In this document: piece by piece, positions 26,003-38,942 of the stretch | Layout of the letters: the number at the start of each line of letters is the position of its first letter | How positions within the stretch are numbered: position 1 is the first letter of the stretch | Source of the DNA: Octopus sinensis | Taxonomy: Eukaryota | Assembly: GCF_006345805.1 (NCBI RefSeq) | Contig: NC_043004.1 | Location: 1,488,001-1,552,000, forward strand | Reading direction: 5' to 3' | DNA: 64,000 bases | Position numbers and translations under genes: made by a program | The notes under the pieces: model-generated | Database searches by the model: none | What the model saw: the letters and a program-made list of their open reading frames with translations, nothing else | Told to the model about the DNA's origin: nothing

Positions 26003-26769
26003 ATTACACCCACATTAGCGAAGGCGGAGGTATTGTTTTCAGTCGTGTTTGTTTGTCCGTGGGGAAGATAACTCAAGACGGATGGATTCGGATGAAACTT
26101 TCAGGGATGTTTGTTCTTATGACTGGCACGAACTGACTAAATTTTGGCATCGATCGGGCACCGGACAAGAATTCTTGATTATTTACTATATTTACTTTAC
26201 ATGAAATATTACGATCTTAAGTTCACTTTCAAGTCTTTTTCTGATTATCTCCCTTGAAAGCACGCTTATGGTTTCCACGTGAATTATGGTGGCGTTGCTG
26301 TTTCCAAAGTTTTATTTTCGTTTCTCTATTATTAATTTTACTCACGTCTGTATCTTAGTAGAAACTTATGGATAAAGAAATCAAACTATATAAACAAACG
26401 GCAGCAAAACCGTTCAGAAATTAAATAACACTAACACATTAAGTACCAATAATAAATTTAATTTATCCTCGATAATATTTAGTTTTGCCAATTATGAATA
26501 TGTCGCTCTTGTTTAAACCTCTTACCTGCTTGATAATTGCATTTCTAACTCAGCCTCGAAGGAAGCTTTACTTCTTGGATTCATGTTTTTGTACACAACG
26601 ATGTTGTTAAAACTCCGTTAACAATACCGTATTCAGGTCCGTTCCGTTTCTTTTTGCGCAAGGATAAATTTTTCAATATAGACTTTAACGGTCGGAAAGA
26701 TACCTATATCAATGGATCGACTCAAAAAGGCCTTCATTGAGAAAACTGTCTCTGTTCCCACTGTAGACG

Positions 26770-26809
<40 letters not shown>

Positions 26810-27113
26810 CATTACAAACACGGCCCGCACACGCACCTTCACGTTCTATGACTACCATTGGGGACGATCAGGTACCGGAAAAGGATTCTGGATTATTTTT
26901 CCGCTTTTTTTACTTAATTTTTGAGAGCGGTCGGGGTTCATTTTGCAGTATTTGTCATTTCATGTTTCTCATACTTTGTCCTATTTTCCCCTTGTTTTGT
27001 GTCCCCATATGTAATATATTGTCCCCTCTGTGTTCGCCCGTTGGTGAGTAATAAAAAGATTAGCAAGTTGGTGTTGCCTTGGTGGACGTTTGAGCTTTTT
27101 AAGTGCTCTTGTT
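26003..27113 (+). mobile_element. Probable Helentron-associated (HINE/DINE-1-like) non-autonomous element, degenerate
   Basis: 5' aaggcggaggtattgttttc..tttgtttgtcc..ggatgaaactttcagg; 3' ccttggtggacgt..gagc/gctc hairpin..ttgtt; internal extent uncertain. Confidence 0.45.
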
Positions 27114-30100
27114 ATTATGTTTTATTATAAGCTACTGGCCAGAAATATCGTTTTTAAAGGAGTTTAAAGACCATTCTCTTTATGTTGTAAGTTTAAATAC
27201 CACCCATGTTGAAAGTTGTTTCTAATCCTCCAAAGTTCAGTCAGAAAGGCACCAGTAGTGTATTGGAGTCGATTTAATCAACTGCATTCTTTGTTGTGTA
27301 GAAAAAAAAGAGAAATTTACCATTAATGTAGGCGAAAGGTTTCTTTGAGAGGGGTCAGTGTAGGAAGATAGACCTAAAGATACGACGCTGAAATGGCATG
27401 AAAACCGCTGTTATTGTTCCCAATCTTTCAAAATGAAGATACCAATTAGCTAATGAAGGAGTTTCAAAACTATTACTCAATTTGTTAGATACAATAATGA
27501 AATATTCTTGGTATCCCATTCTTCCGCCTCTACCATTGTAGGATATATCGGATGACATCGCTCTAGATATGCTTCAATAGCCAGGCTAGTAATGATAAGA
27601 ATATCTTAGAGCATAAAATATGTTATATGAAGGTTGGCCGATATCGAAATAACAAATAAAATAACAATCAAAATTTTATAAAGTAATTAAGACATCTATA
27701 CTGTATTCGTGTCACCCCAATAAGGACTCCATTGTTTCTTTCGACAAGACAATGCTTCTCGGCTAAAGTTCCAAGTTTGTTTAAGAAATAATTTTTAAAA
27801 TCATAACGAAATACAAGTGTAGAAAAAAAAATTCCGATAACATGCTGATCTTCAAACGTATATTTGTTTGGAGAGATGAGATGAATGTAGATAATATTGC
27901 CATTGATGGAGTGCAGATTTCGAAGCCTGTCATAATCGACATGGATTTCAAAGTAAAATACAAGCGAAGTGAGTTTATATTTATATTCCATGTTTTAAAG
28001 AAAAGGCATTAGTGATGAGCATATTAGAGTTAGATCATAACAAAACGGCAGCAGTTCAAATAGGCAGAAGTTATGTTAAAACCTGCAAAATTCTTTTGAA
28101 TATAAAGTGAACACTAAATTTTATGTTCTAATAATGATTTTCTTTCATTTTTTTTTTCTTTTCGCGTTTGCCAAATGTTCAACGTTAATCGTCGCTGTTT
28201 ATAATGTCGGCCTAACTTGAATGATTTTTGTGAAATTTTTCATAGATTTGAAGCATTAGTGGCTGTCTCGATTTTAAAGAGGCGTTTTTATTTATTACTT
28301 AATGCACAACTTTTTCAATTATATTTTATTATTGTTGTCCATTTTGTTCTTATTGGGAGAAAAATTCTCTCTTACTGCAATTTTCGATGTAGTTTCATTT
28401 AATTTTATTGACGCATCAGTGAAATTTCTGCAACTTAATATTTTAACACTGTTTTAAGCATTCCACCCACCTTCCAACCATTAAATTATTCCTTTTCCTC
28501 TTTTATTCAACAGTATACTGCTGTGTATACGTGTTAATTTGTTGAACTTTTGATGGTTTTTTACGTTAAGCAATAATCTCATCTCAAGTGCATTATTAAA
28601 TTCAATAACGCATCACCATTTGACTGGTTATAGGTTGCGCTCGTGGCGATATTTAAAACTATCTATTTTACACTTTCCTTTTATACATTAAAACTTAAAT
28701 TACGATCAATTTGTTGGGGAAAAGGAGCTTATGAAATATAGGTAATTAAATGCCAGCTTTACGATAAAACCTTACCAGATCACTTTCAGCCATAATTTTC
28801 CGATTTTTCGTTGGTCGGCTGAAAGGTTTCAAATGAATTTTTAGTCATCTTCTTTTTCTATCTATCTATCTATCTTTGCTCACCTCTTTATATGTCAATC
28901 TAGTTTGAGTATTATGTATGACCAAATATGACCGCTTGTTTCTTTCGCCTCTCCATTGATTGACACTATACTCTGATGATTTACATCCAAAGAATTGTGA
29001 GTAATTTAATAACAAAAATCCTAAAAGGAAATAATTTTATTAGAAAAAAAATTAGCATATTGTTTCAGCCTATCATGTCTGTACTTTCGTTCTATATACA
29101 TTTATACACTCACATACGCGCACAATAGCCATTTTTGATGTCTTTACATCATAAAAAGTAACCAAGAGACGTTGAAGCATGCCTCGCGTTGCACTGAGGT
29201 TTCTGTCTCATCTCCCGACCCATGCTCACACACAGCGTTTTCTTGACGCGTGACTTGAGCTTCGAGAAGCTAACGATAACTAAACATTATTTCTTGGTGT
29301 ATTTTTCTCTTTTTGTTTGATTTGGTGTTGGGGAACTGGACCGGGAAAATTTTGCATTTTACTTCAGATGCATGCACGGATGTATGTATGTATGTATGCA
29401 TGTATGTATGTATGTATGTATGTATGTATGTATGTATGTATGTATGTATGTATGTATAAAGCAGCAGACTAGTTGAGTCGTTAAAGCCTCGATGTATTTA
29501 TTTCGAGTCTGAGTTTCTCACAAAGGATTGAGCATGATTTTAGCAAAGCGTTTTCACCATTAGAATATATTTCGCTAAGGATGCCTAATAAGACCGAAAT
29601 ATGTCGGAAATTATCACCATAATCATCAAATATCAGGCTCATTTTCACAGCAACACTCTATTAAATTTTAAATCAATTTCAGTGTTCCCTCCCTTATCTT
29701 CCTTGGTCAGAATTGTCATTACTACTACTGAATTTTCTCACTTTTGTTGAGATTTGAATAGATTAAAGCAACCTTTGGTTCCACTACATTAAGCATATTA
29801 GCCTGCACTTAGCTATATGTTTTTTGTTTGCACACAAACACATTCCTGAAAATTTTCCGCTCTAGAGTTGAATTGGAATAGCAAAGTCTTCCTGGGTTTT
29901 GCCCTTATAATCACCGCTACCGACTCGATACAGCAATCATCTGACCCAATACGCAACCGACTCAACCAGCTGGTATGTTTAATATTAAGGCAGGTGATAC
30001 AATTGCTTCTGAGGATAAACAGAGGAGGATCAGCTGGATTCTTTCTTGCGTTTATTATGCTGGGATATTTGGTTGATCCAGTAGCGTTCTAGATAATGGT

Positions 30101-30774
30101 ACTAATTACTTGAGTGCCCTGTGAATGCATCAAGCAGTTGTGTGACTATGATTTTGAAGTTAGTCATGCATTGAAACAAAGGCTGCCCACTGTTCGGTGA
30201 CTGGTTGTCAGTATATTCAATGCATGGAACATTATAGGTTAAAAATGCAAAAAAAACAAAACATTTGCTGGGAACAAAACAATAACGATAACAGTCAATG
30301 AATGCTTTTAGGTTTTCTCGTTCAATCTTCGCAGCGCTCTGAGTTCAAATACTGGAGAGGTCACAATTGAGTCACGCCACATCGGAGATCGAGAGGCAAC
30401 GAGTTAGTGACTGCCTCATATCTTCCTACACTTTAACCACTGCTCTGTGCACCCGTTTTGTAGTGGTCTGGTAAAATACGAATACGTACTTGGCAAAACA
30501 ATGTGCCTTGTGGTCAAAGAGATTGGGGTGGAGTGGGTTAGTTTATGGACGGTTGGTTTGTGCCTGTAATGTCAAATGTGTTCGTCTGGTGGAGTTCTAA
30601 TTGAAACTTCCAAAAAGTCTGATATATCATCTAATCATTCATCATAATTTTTATTGTTGGTTTTTGCTAATATTACTGCTACTATCACCCACCACCACCA
30701 CCACCATCGTCATCATCATCATCATCATCATTATCATCACCATAAACCAAATATAATTTTTCATGTTTTTACTC

Positions 30775-31444
30775 AGATTTTCAGTACATCTGGTGCAACT
30801 TTCATGCGTCGCAGAGTTGGGGAAGCATTTAAGGCTGAATGTCTGGTATCAACCGTAAAACATAGGGGTGGCTATATCATGGTGTCGTCCTGCATGTCTG
30901 CCACAGGAATCGAAGAAATGCTTTTATGTCAGGGAAGGATAAATTCAGCTACATATGTTTCTGTGTTATCAGATGTTAAAGAGCCATCAATTGTTAAATT
31001 ATATTCAGGAGTGTCGAAAAACAGTGTTATCTTTCAACAGGACAACGCTCTATGTCATACAGCAAAGAATACACGTCAATGGTTTGAGACAAAATTGTTC
31101 ACATGGACTGGCCAGCTCAAAGTCCCGATCTAAATCCGATCGAACACCTATGGGGAACTCTTGGCGAAGCTATCAGGAACACAACAATTGAAAATAAAGA
31201 GCATTTGTATCAAATGTTGAGAGGAGAACGGAGTAAATTTGCGCCTAGCACCTGCAAAACACTTGCTGATTCCATGCCTAACCGTATAAAAGCGTTGACT
31301 GATGCTAAAGGAAGGTCAGCCAGATATTAACGCTAAAGTATATTGTGAAATATACCATAATCTACCATGTACACGAGTTTCATTAACATTGAGATAGCAG
31401 AACCCCAAAATATTGGGGTGGCCTAATACTTATGGCCAAGGCTG
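30775..31444 (+). mobile_element. 5'-truncated Tc1-like (DD34E) transposon fragment with right TIR
   Basis: TVKHRGGYIMV, FQQDNALCH, WPAQSPDLNPIEHLW motifs across a frameshift; ends taatacttatggccaaggctg + TA. Confidence 0.88.
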
Positions 31445-31690
31445 TATATAAACTATAAAAAGTCAGGAGTTATGAAAGGTGAATATATTTATTCAACCAC
31501 TTATGTTTGGATTACGACATTTTGCATCCTTCTTTATGTAATAATTTCAGTGTGTAATAAATTATGTTTATATCTTTGCTCTATACAACACAATTGTGTC
31601 GTCTGGATTTCAGCTGCTTGGAACTCTGCATCATACTCTTCTATATTGAATTACTAAGCAATCTGAGTCCATATAATATATTACACTACG

Positions 31691-31737
<47 letters not shown>

Positions 31738-31744
<7 letters not shown>

Positions 31745-32329
31745 AATCAAGGAACGGCCATAATAGGCCATTCACCCACTAGAAATAACAGCCAAAAAGC
31801 TTCAACCGCAAAATAACATTAATTCCGTAAATCAGGAGAAAATTAAAAAACATTTACCCTGAAATTCCTTAGACGATGCACCGTTTCTTCTACTGTTTAA
31901 TGGTAAATTAACCTGATTAAATTAAATCAAGCCAATCTACCATAGGCCCTTAGATTCATCAGTAAGGAATAGCCAAATCGGAACAGATATTTTTCACGAG
32001 GCATTCTCGTCCATGCCTCGCCAATATCTGACCTAGGTCAGATATTGGCGAGGCATGGACGAGAATGCCTCGTGAAAAATATCTGTTCCGATTTGGCTAT
32101 TCCTTACTGATGAATCTAAGGGCCTATGGTAGATTGGCTTGATTTAATTTAATCAGGTTAATTTACCATTAAACAGTAGAAGAAACGGTGCATCGTCTAA
32201 GGAATTCAGGGTAAATGTTTTTTAATTTTCTCCTGATTTACGGAATTAATGTTATTTTGCGGTTGAAGCTTTTTGGCTGTTATTTCTAGTGGGTGAATGC
32301 CTATTATGGCCGTTCCTTGATTGTGATAT
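31738..32329. repeat. Spacer-less near-perfect palindrome (arms 297 and 295 bp)
   Basis: Centre ..TGACCT|AGGTCA.. between 32034 and 32035; arms differ only by two 1-nt indels. Confidence 0.95.
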
Positions 32330-32424
32330 TGAACTTAAAAATGGTTTATGACTATTTAATTTTTTCCCACTAGGCCGCTGGGGGCAAAAGAATTCTACAA
32401 AATTTTTTTACCTCCCTATATTGA

Positions 32425-32464
<40 letters not shown>

Positions 32465-32969
32465 GGGTGGGGAACAAAACCTCCATATGCCCCGTAACAA
32501 AACTCCTAATCAATTTCAGTCTAATGAGAATTAGTTCAATGAATGACAATTTAGGAGCACAAGATACAAAAGATTCACAGCTAAGAAGTTCGTGAAATGT
32601 ATACATCCATCATCAGCTTCCAAACAGATGTCATTATAGTTTTGACACCTGAGTGGTACCATTCAAACGGTGGTGTTAACAGCAGTGAAAGTATAAACTC
32701 TATGTGAAAGTAAATAGACAAGAAACAGAAGGTTTCCCTTAGAGGGTTATAGTCTTGCTGGTACACACCGCCTTGAAAAATTTATTCGCCCAAATTTTCC
32801 CAAGAATTTCTTTTAAGTCAAGTACTATTGTATGGACCGCTCTTTGTCGAACTACTAAGTTACTAGGACGAAAACAAAGTAACTCCGATTGTCAAGTGGT
32901 GAGAAACAAACATAAAAGTTCACACACACACACACACACACATATATAGGCGCGCGCGCACACACACAC

Positions 32970-33117
32970 ATGTGGTAAGAAGCTTGCTTACCAACAACAT
33001 GGTTCCGAGTTCAGTCCCACTGCGTGGCACATTGGACAAGTGTCTTCTACTATAGACTCGGGCCGACCAAAGCCTTGTGAGTGGAATTGGCAGAGGGAAA
33101 CTGAAAGAAGCCCTTCG

Positions 33118-33177
<60 letters not shown>

Positions 33178-33385
33178 TTTGTGTCTGTGTTTGTTCTCCC
33201 ACCATTACTTGACAAGCGATGCTGGTATGTTTACGTCCCCGAAATATAGCGGTTCGGCATAAGACACCGATAGAATAATTACTAGGCTTACAAAGAATAA
33301 GCCTTGGAGTGGATCTGTTCGACTTAAGGCGCTGCTATAGTATGGCTGCAGTCAAATGACTGAAACGTGTAAAAGAGTAAAAGAG
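32970..33385 (+). mobile_element. SINE family B (a degenerate inverted tail lies at about 32790-32900)
   Basis: tgtggtaagaagcttgc..gcagtcaaatgactgaaac. Confidence 0.8.
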
Positions 33386-33869
33386 TATATATATATATGA
33401 AACAAGAAGAAATGCACCATAATAGAAAACTAAGGAATCACTCGACAGATATCTCGTCTCCAAGATAAACTGTTAATCGACAGAATAAATTTTCGTACGT
33501 TTTATTGTTATATTAACCTTGGCTGAATGTTTTTCGTTTTTCTTTTCAAGTCGATTCGATAGCGCTAGGGATAAAGTCAAAACTAGAATGGTCGTATTAG
33601 CATTTTTATGATAAGTTAAGTTATTCCCCGGTGGGACCAAACCCGACTGGAGCAGGTAGCAAAACACTCATCATTTTTATTAGTAAGTCTCTATTTTCAG
33701 CGGCGCACCGTTCTACCCCTAAGAATTAATTTACATTCTGCAGTGAGAGTTAAATTCTTGATTTTCCGCACGGTATTAAGAGATACGAAACGACGAATCT
33801 CGCCTGGCTATTTTTGAATGCAATTTCATACTCTGTCTCCCATAACATAGGATATTAACATTGAAGTTA

Positions 33870-34725
33870 AGGCGGTGAGCTGGCAGAAACGTTAGAACGC
33901 CGGGCGAAATGCGAAGCTGTATTTCGTCTGCCGTTACGTTCTGAGTTCAAATTCCGCCAAGGTCGACTTTGCCTTTCATCCTTTCGGGGTCGATAAATTA
34001 AGTACCAGTTACGCACTGGGGTCGATATAATCGACCTAATCCGTTTGTCTGTCCTTGTTTGTCCTCTCTGTGTGTAGCCCCTTGTGGGTAGTAAAGAAAT
34101 AGGTATTTTGTCTGCCGTTATGTTCTGAGTTCAAATTCCACCGAGGTCGACTTTGACCATCATCCTTTTGGGGTCGATTAAATAAGTACCAGTTGCGCAC
34201 TGGAGTCGATATAATCAACTTAATCCGTTTGTCTGTCCTTGTTTGTCCTCTCTGTGTTTAGCCCCTTGTGGTTAGTAAAGAAATAGGTATTTCGTCTGTC
34301 TTTAAGTTCTGAGGTGAAATTCCACCAAGGTCGACTTTGCCTTTCATCATTTTGGGATCGATAAATTAAGTACCAGTTACACACTGGGGTCGATGTAATC
34401 GACTGGCCTCTTCCCACAAATTTCTGGCCCTGTGCCTTTAGTAGAAAGAATTATTTATATATTCATTTATTTATTTTATAAAAAGAATTATAAGCCTTCA
34501 TTGTATATTGACAAGAAACCCGTGTAAACGGGATTTATACGCCCATGCTTAGCGGTATTTCGTCTGTCTTTAAGTTCTGAGTTCAAATTCCGCCGAGGTA
34601 GACTTTGCCTTTCATTCTTTCGGAGTCGATTAATTAAGTACCAGTTGCGTACTGGGGTCGATCCAATCGACTGCCCACCCCTCTCCCAAAATTTCGGGCC
34701 ATGTGCCTAGAGTAGAAAAGAATAT
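33870..34725 (+). mobile_element. SINE family A cluster (three-unit copy plus an extra copy)
   Basis: ggcggtgagctggcag head at about 33870; repeated body units. Confidence 0.85.
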
Positions 34726-36738
34726 TGGAACTTGCAAACTATTAATGAGATAGATACTATTTCTTTAAATTCGCCCCCACCACGCAAAAAAAAATCACCC
34801 CTCATTGGGACCGTCTCTGTCAGTTGCGATGATCAAATGGCGAAATCTCTCACAGACTAAACCAGTTAATGAACGTGATTTTGTGTGGAACTTTACAGGT
34901 TTCTACTCCACTTTCAAAACAATGGTATGCTCAGGGCTGCGAATATAAAGTGATCGGATATAATCGATTGACTCGACTTTAATGTTTCATCGGAATCAAT
35001 CAAATTATCGATTTTTGATCGGTGCAAGGCAAAGTCTGACTGGGTTCGAACACGGCACCCAATGAAATATAACTAAATACTGTAAATCCAGCATTCCCAC
35101 TATTCCAGTTATTCATCTACCACTTCGTCTCTTGAGAATATTTAGCAAAAAAAAAAAAAAACGAAAAAAAAAAGCCGGTGCTGTAGAGTGGGAAGCGGGA
35201 GTAAAAAAATAAAGGAAAGTACTGCGAGGTGGAGAAAGAAGGAAAGAGACTTGCAATGCAATAAGATAATAAGAGATATTTATTCAAATGAGAAGACCAT
35301 GCTATTGTTATTCACAATGATGTTTTCGTTAACGAGAATTGCACGTGATACTCACAATGTCCACGCGAGTTGTTTCTCTTAGTCGTCAACTGAAAATATG
35401 GCGCTGGTGTCGTGCGCCAATGACTGTGTGTCGCCTATTCGTTGACTAGACACTGAAAGCCACAACTTACTCCAAGTCATAGACTGAACAGCAACATTTA
35501 AAACAAGAACAACAACGTTGTAAACAAGCAAAATAATAACAGCAATAATGAAACAAAATCTACAACATAAGAAAACTAATAAAGATAAAAGGTGGGAAAG
35601 AGAGAGATAGAGGGAAGACATAACATAGATCGTTTGTTACTTTATGTTTTGTTTTGTTTTATTTGTGATGGTGTTATTGTTTTCCTTTATCTTACCATGA
35701 TTTGCATAAATCTGCCATAAAAACGACTTAAGAAATTAATTTATCTTTTGCTTGCAAGCAGTTTCATCGTCACTCGGGTTGTCATCATTACTCAGGAATG
35801 ATAGCGGTTGGTTTGTAATGGTCGGTGAACAGTCGATTCTTTTTATAGGATGGTAGGGAATGTTCAGCAACAACGTACTTACTACACAGAAAGAGCACAC
35901 ACAAACACACACACACGGACGTACGCACGCGCGTAAATATACTTTCCTCTTATCGGCTGCTAATTTTTTATTCACCAAAACACTAATAAATAAACTATTC
36001 CACTCATGAGACGGGAGTAGTAGCTGATTGGTAGAATTTCAGAGTAGCTCTCACTACCTCATGGAGAAGGGAAAATGGATAAGGAAATTGGTGATTGCTT
36101 AATAGCTTATTCAGTAATCCTTTAGAAAAACAATAATTAGCTGTTGATAACAGGAAGTATCTATCTATTTATCTTTCTATTTATCTATCTATCTATCTAG
36201 CTATCTATCTATCAATCAATTTATCTGTCTATTTATCTATCTATCTATCTATCTATTTATCTGTTCACACACACACGTATATATACTCACAGACGCGCAA
36301 CACACACACACATACACACATACACACACACACATGCCGTTACATATATGACGCGTAATTTTGTAATTTTTCCCGATAAAAGAAACCAGAGTACACAACA
36401 CGTCTTGTTGAGTAAATAATTTGATTATAATATAGATGACACGCATATTGATTGTAATATCTTAGACACATACATTATAACATATAACAGATGTTATTAC
36501 TCATTAGACGCATGCGATTCGAATGAAGGCTGAATCGTTAAACACTCACCTTGTTCTACTTGTATACTTGGCAATTTTTCATAGTCAGGTGTATGATGTA
36601 ATATTAGTGGAGGGAATGACACTAAACAGATTTATACACAAATGCACATATAGGCACACATGAACGGATTTGTACACACACACACACACACACATGCATA
36701 TGCATATATAAAAAATACATATAAAACATGCATATATA

Positions 36739-37959
36739 TCAGGTCATCCCATAAATTCTGTCCCATTTTACCTTTCTTAAATGAAATTTAATAGTATTTT
36801 AGAATGTCTAATGGAATTAAAAATTATTTTTATGCATTTGTGTACATCTAAACTAATTAAATATGATTTTACAGAATAATAGAATTAAAATTTCTTTGAT
36901 TAAAACCCTTTCTAACATGGAAGTATCCAAAGAGAATTTAAGGCACATAATGCTTTATGAGTACAAAAAAGGAAACTCTGCAGCCGAAGCGACTCGAAAC
37001 ATACACTCAGTTTATGGGAAAGAATGCTGGAATGAAAGAACTTGTAGAAGATGGTTTGTAAAATTCAGAAGTGAAGATTTCAGCCTTGAAGATGAAGATC
37101 GGACAGGACGTCCAGTTGAGTTTGATAATAAGCTTCTTGAGGCATTACTTGAAGAAAATCCTGCATTATCAGTTGAAGAATTGGCAATAAAGCTTAGTTC
37201 AAACCATACAACTGTTCATCGTCATCTTCAACAACTTGGAAAGGTTCCTAAACTTGGAAAATGGGCGCCTCATGAATTGTCCGAAAGCAACTGCAAATCC
37301 CAAGTTGACATCTGCTCTTCTCTCCATTCTCGCGAAATCATTTCACCCTTTTTGGATAGGCTTTTGATTGGTGACGCAAAATGGATCTTCTATCGAAATG
37401 TTAAACGTTGCAAACAGTGGCTTGGTAAAAAGGAAAAAGCTCAAAAGAAGGGAATTTCATGGGAAAAGGTTCTTCTCTCAATCTGATTGGATTGCAAAGG
37501 GGTAATTCACTTTGAATTGTTACCACCTAATGTAACAATCAATGCTCAAGTCTACTGTCAGCAATTAGAGCGTTTGAACCAAGCTTTGAAGAAAAAAAGC
37601 CCTGCTTTAGTGAATCGAAAAGGAGTGATCCAACACTGCAAAGATCATACCACAGAAGATCGAAGCGCTTGGTTGGGAAAAATTCCCCATCCACCTTATT
37701 ATCCCGACCTTGCTCCTTCAGATTACCATTTGTTTCGTAGTTTACAGAATCATTTGGGGGACATAACTTTCGCAAGCCAGGAGGAGGTCGAAACTGATAG
37801 TTCAGAGTTCTTCACTTTGAAAGCAAAAGAGTTTTACATTGATGGGATTAAAAAGCTTATAAATAGATGGAAGGAAGTCGTAGATAATCAGGGAAAGTAC
37901 GGTGATGATTAAATTTCAATTAAACATAACAATTCGGATAGAAATTTGGGATGACCTGA
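36739..37959 (+). mobile_element. Near full-length mariner (D,D34D-type) transposon, inactive
   Basis: TA-flanked imperfect TIRs (tcaggtcatccc.. / ..gggatgacctga); transposase similar to Hsmar1/Mos1 (WAPHEL, YYPDLAPSDYHLF). Confidence 0.92.
36917..37912 (+). pseudogene. Mariner transposase pseudogene
   Basis: HTH N-terminus MEVSKENLRHIMLYEYKKG; in-frame TGA at 37484-86 in the WWD motif; HDNARPH region deleted and frameshifted near 37625-37680. Confidence 0.9.
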
Positions 37960-38150
37960 TATTAAAAAAAAAAACACATGTAAAACATCCAAAGGTAATT
38001 TTTTTTTCTTCTGAAGATATTATACTGAGGCCATATAAATATAAATTCAATATTTAATGCGCATTAACTGAAACAGCTGTAAGTGAAGATTATTAATTTG
38101 CTGTCAATAACTTCCCAGTCCCCGTTTTTCTTCTTCTTCTTCTTCTTCTT

Positions 38151-38199
<49 letters not shown>

Positions 38200-38204
<5 letters not shown>

Positions 38205-38942
38205 GCTCACTTCCGCTGTTAAAGCAGTGCTTGGAAGGAAAGTGTGTAGCGTGAGATCGTCGCATTGACCATGACAGAAAAAGTTTTCATGGCGACACCT
38301 GCTCATCAGCCTACGCAAAGTTGCAGAAAATGTATGGTAAGGAGTGCATGAGCCGTACACTAGTGTACGAGTGGTTCAGCCGTTTCCAGGATGGCCGTTC
38401 TGGGACGAACGTTCTGGGAGACCTGCAACCAGCAGAAGTGAGAAAAACATCGCAGATATCCGTGCAGCTGTGAGGGGAAATCGTGAGTTATCAGAGGATG
38501 TGTAGATTAGCTACGGTTCAGTTCAGTCAATTATCACTGAAGATTTGGGTATGAGACGCGTGTCTGCCAAGTTTGTGCCAGAACTGTTTTCAGCTGACCA
38601 AAAAACACTCGGGTTTCAGTTGCACAAGATCTCCTTGATTGTATCGAGTATGATGAGAACCTTTTGAATACTTTACGTACGCCTCTGAGCAGGTATCACC
38701 AAACTTTTGGCAAACTTTGATGCAGGTTCTCGGCTCAACTTTCTCCGTTATGGTCAATGCGACAATCACACGCTATACACTTTCCTTCCAAGCACTGCCG
38801 TCAACAGCGGAAGTGAGCTAGTACGTTAAAACTTAATGCGTATGCACATCAGCGTTCAAAGTCAATCCGTCCGAAGCGGCTTCACTCTGCATGATTTAGC
38901 TTCGTTACTATGGCAACATTCCGGATACTTATTGATCAGACC
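38200..38942. mobile_element. Degenerate irritans-like mariner fragment followed by an inverted copy of its own 5' end with TIR
   Basis: Broken + frames give ..SRTLVYEWFSRFQDG..EDLGMRRVSAKFVP..; 38675-38822 is the reverse complement of about 38200-38315; TIR-like ggtctgatcaataagtatccgga on the minus strand at the right end. Confidence 0.75.

Noticed and set aside
32107-32145. CTGATGA-ATCTA..TAGAT in the large palindrome as a functional HHR
   Set aside because: The conserved GAAA after stem II is absent (TGGC)
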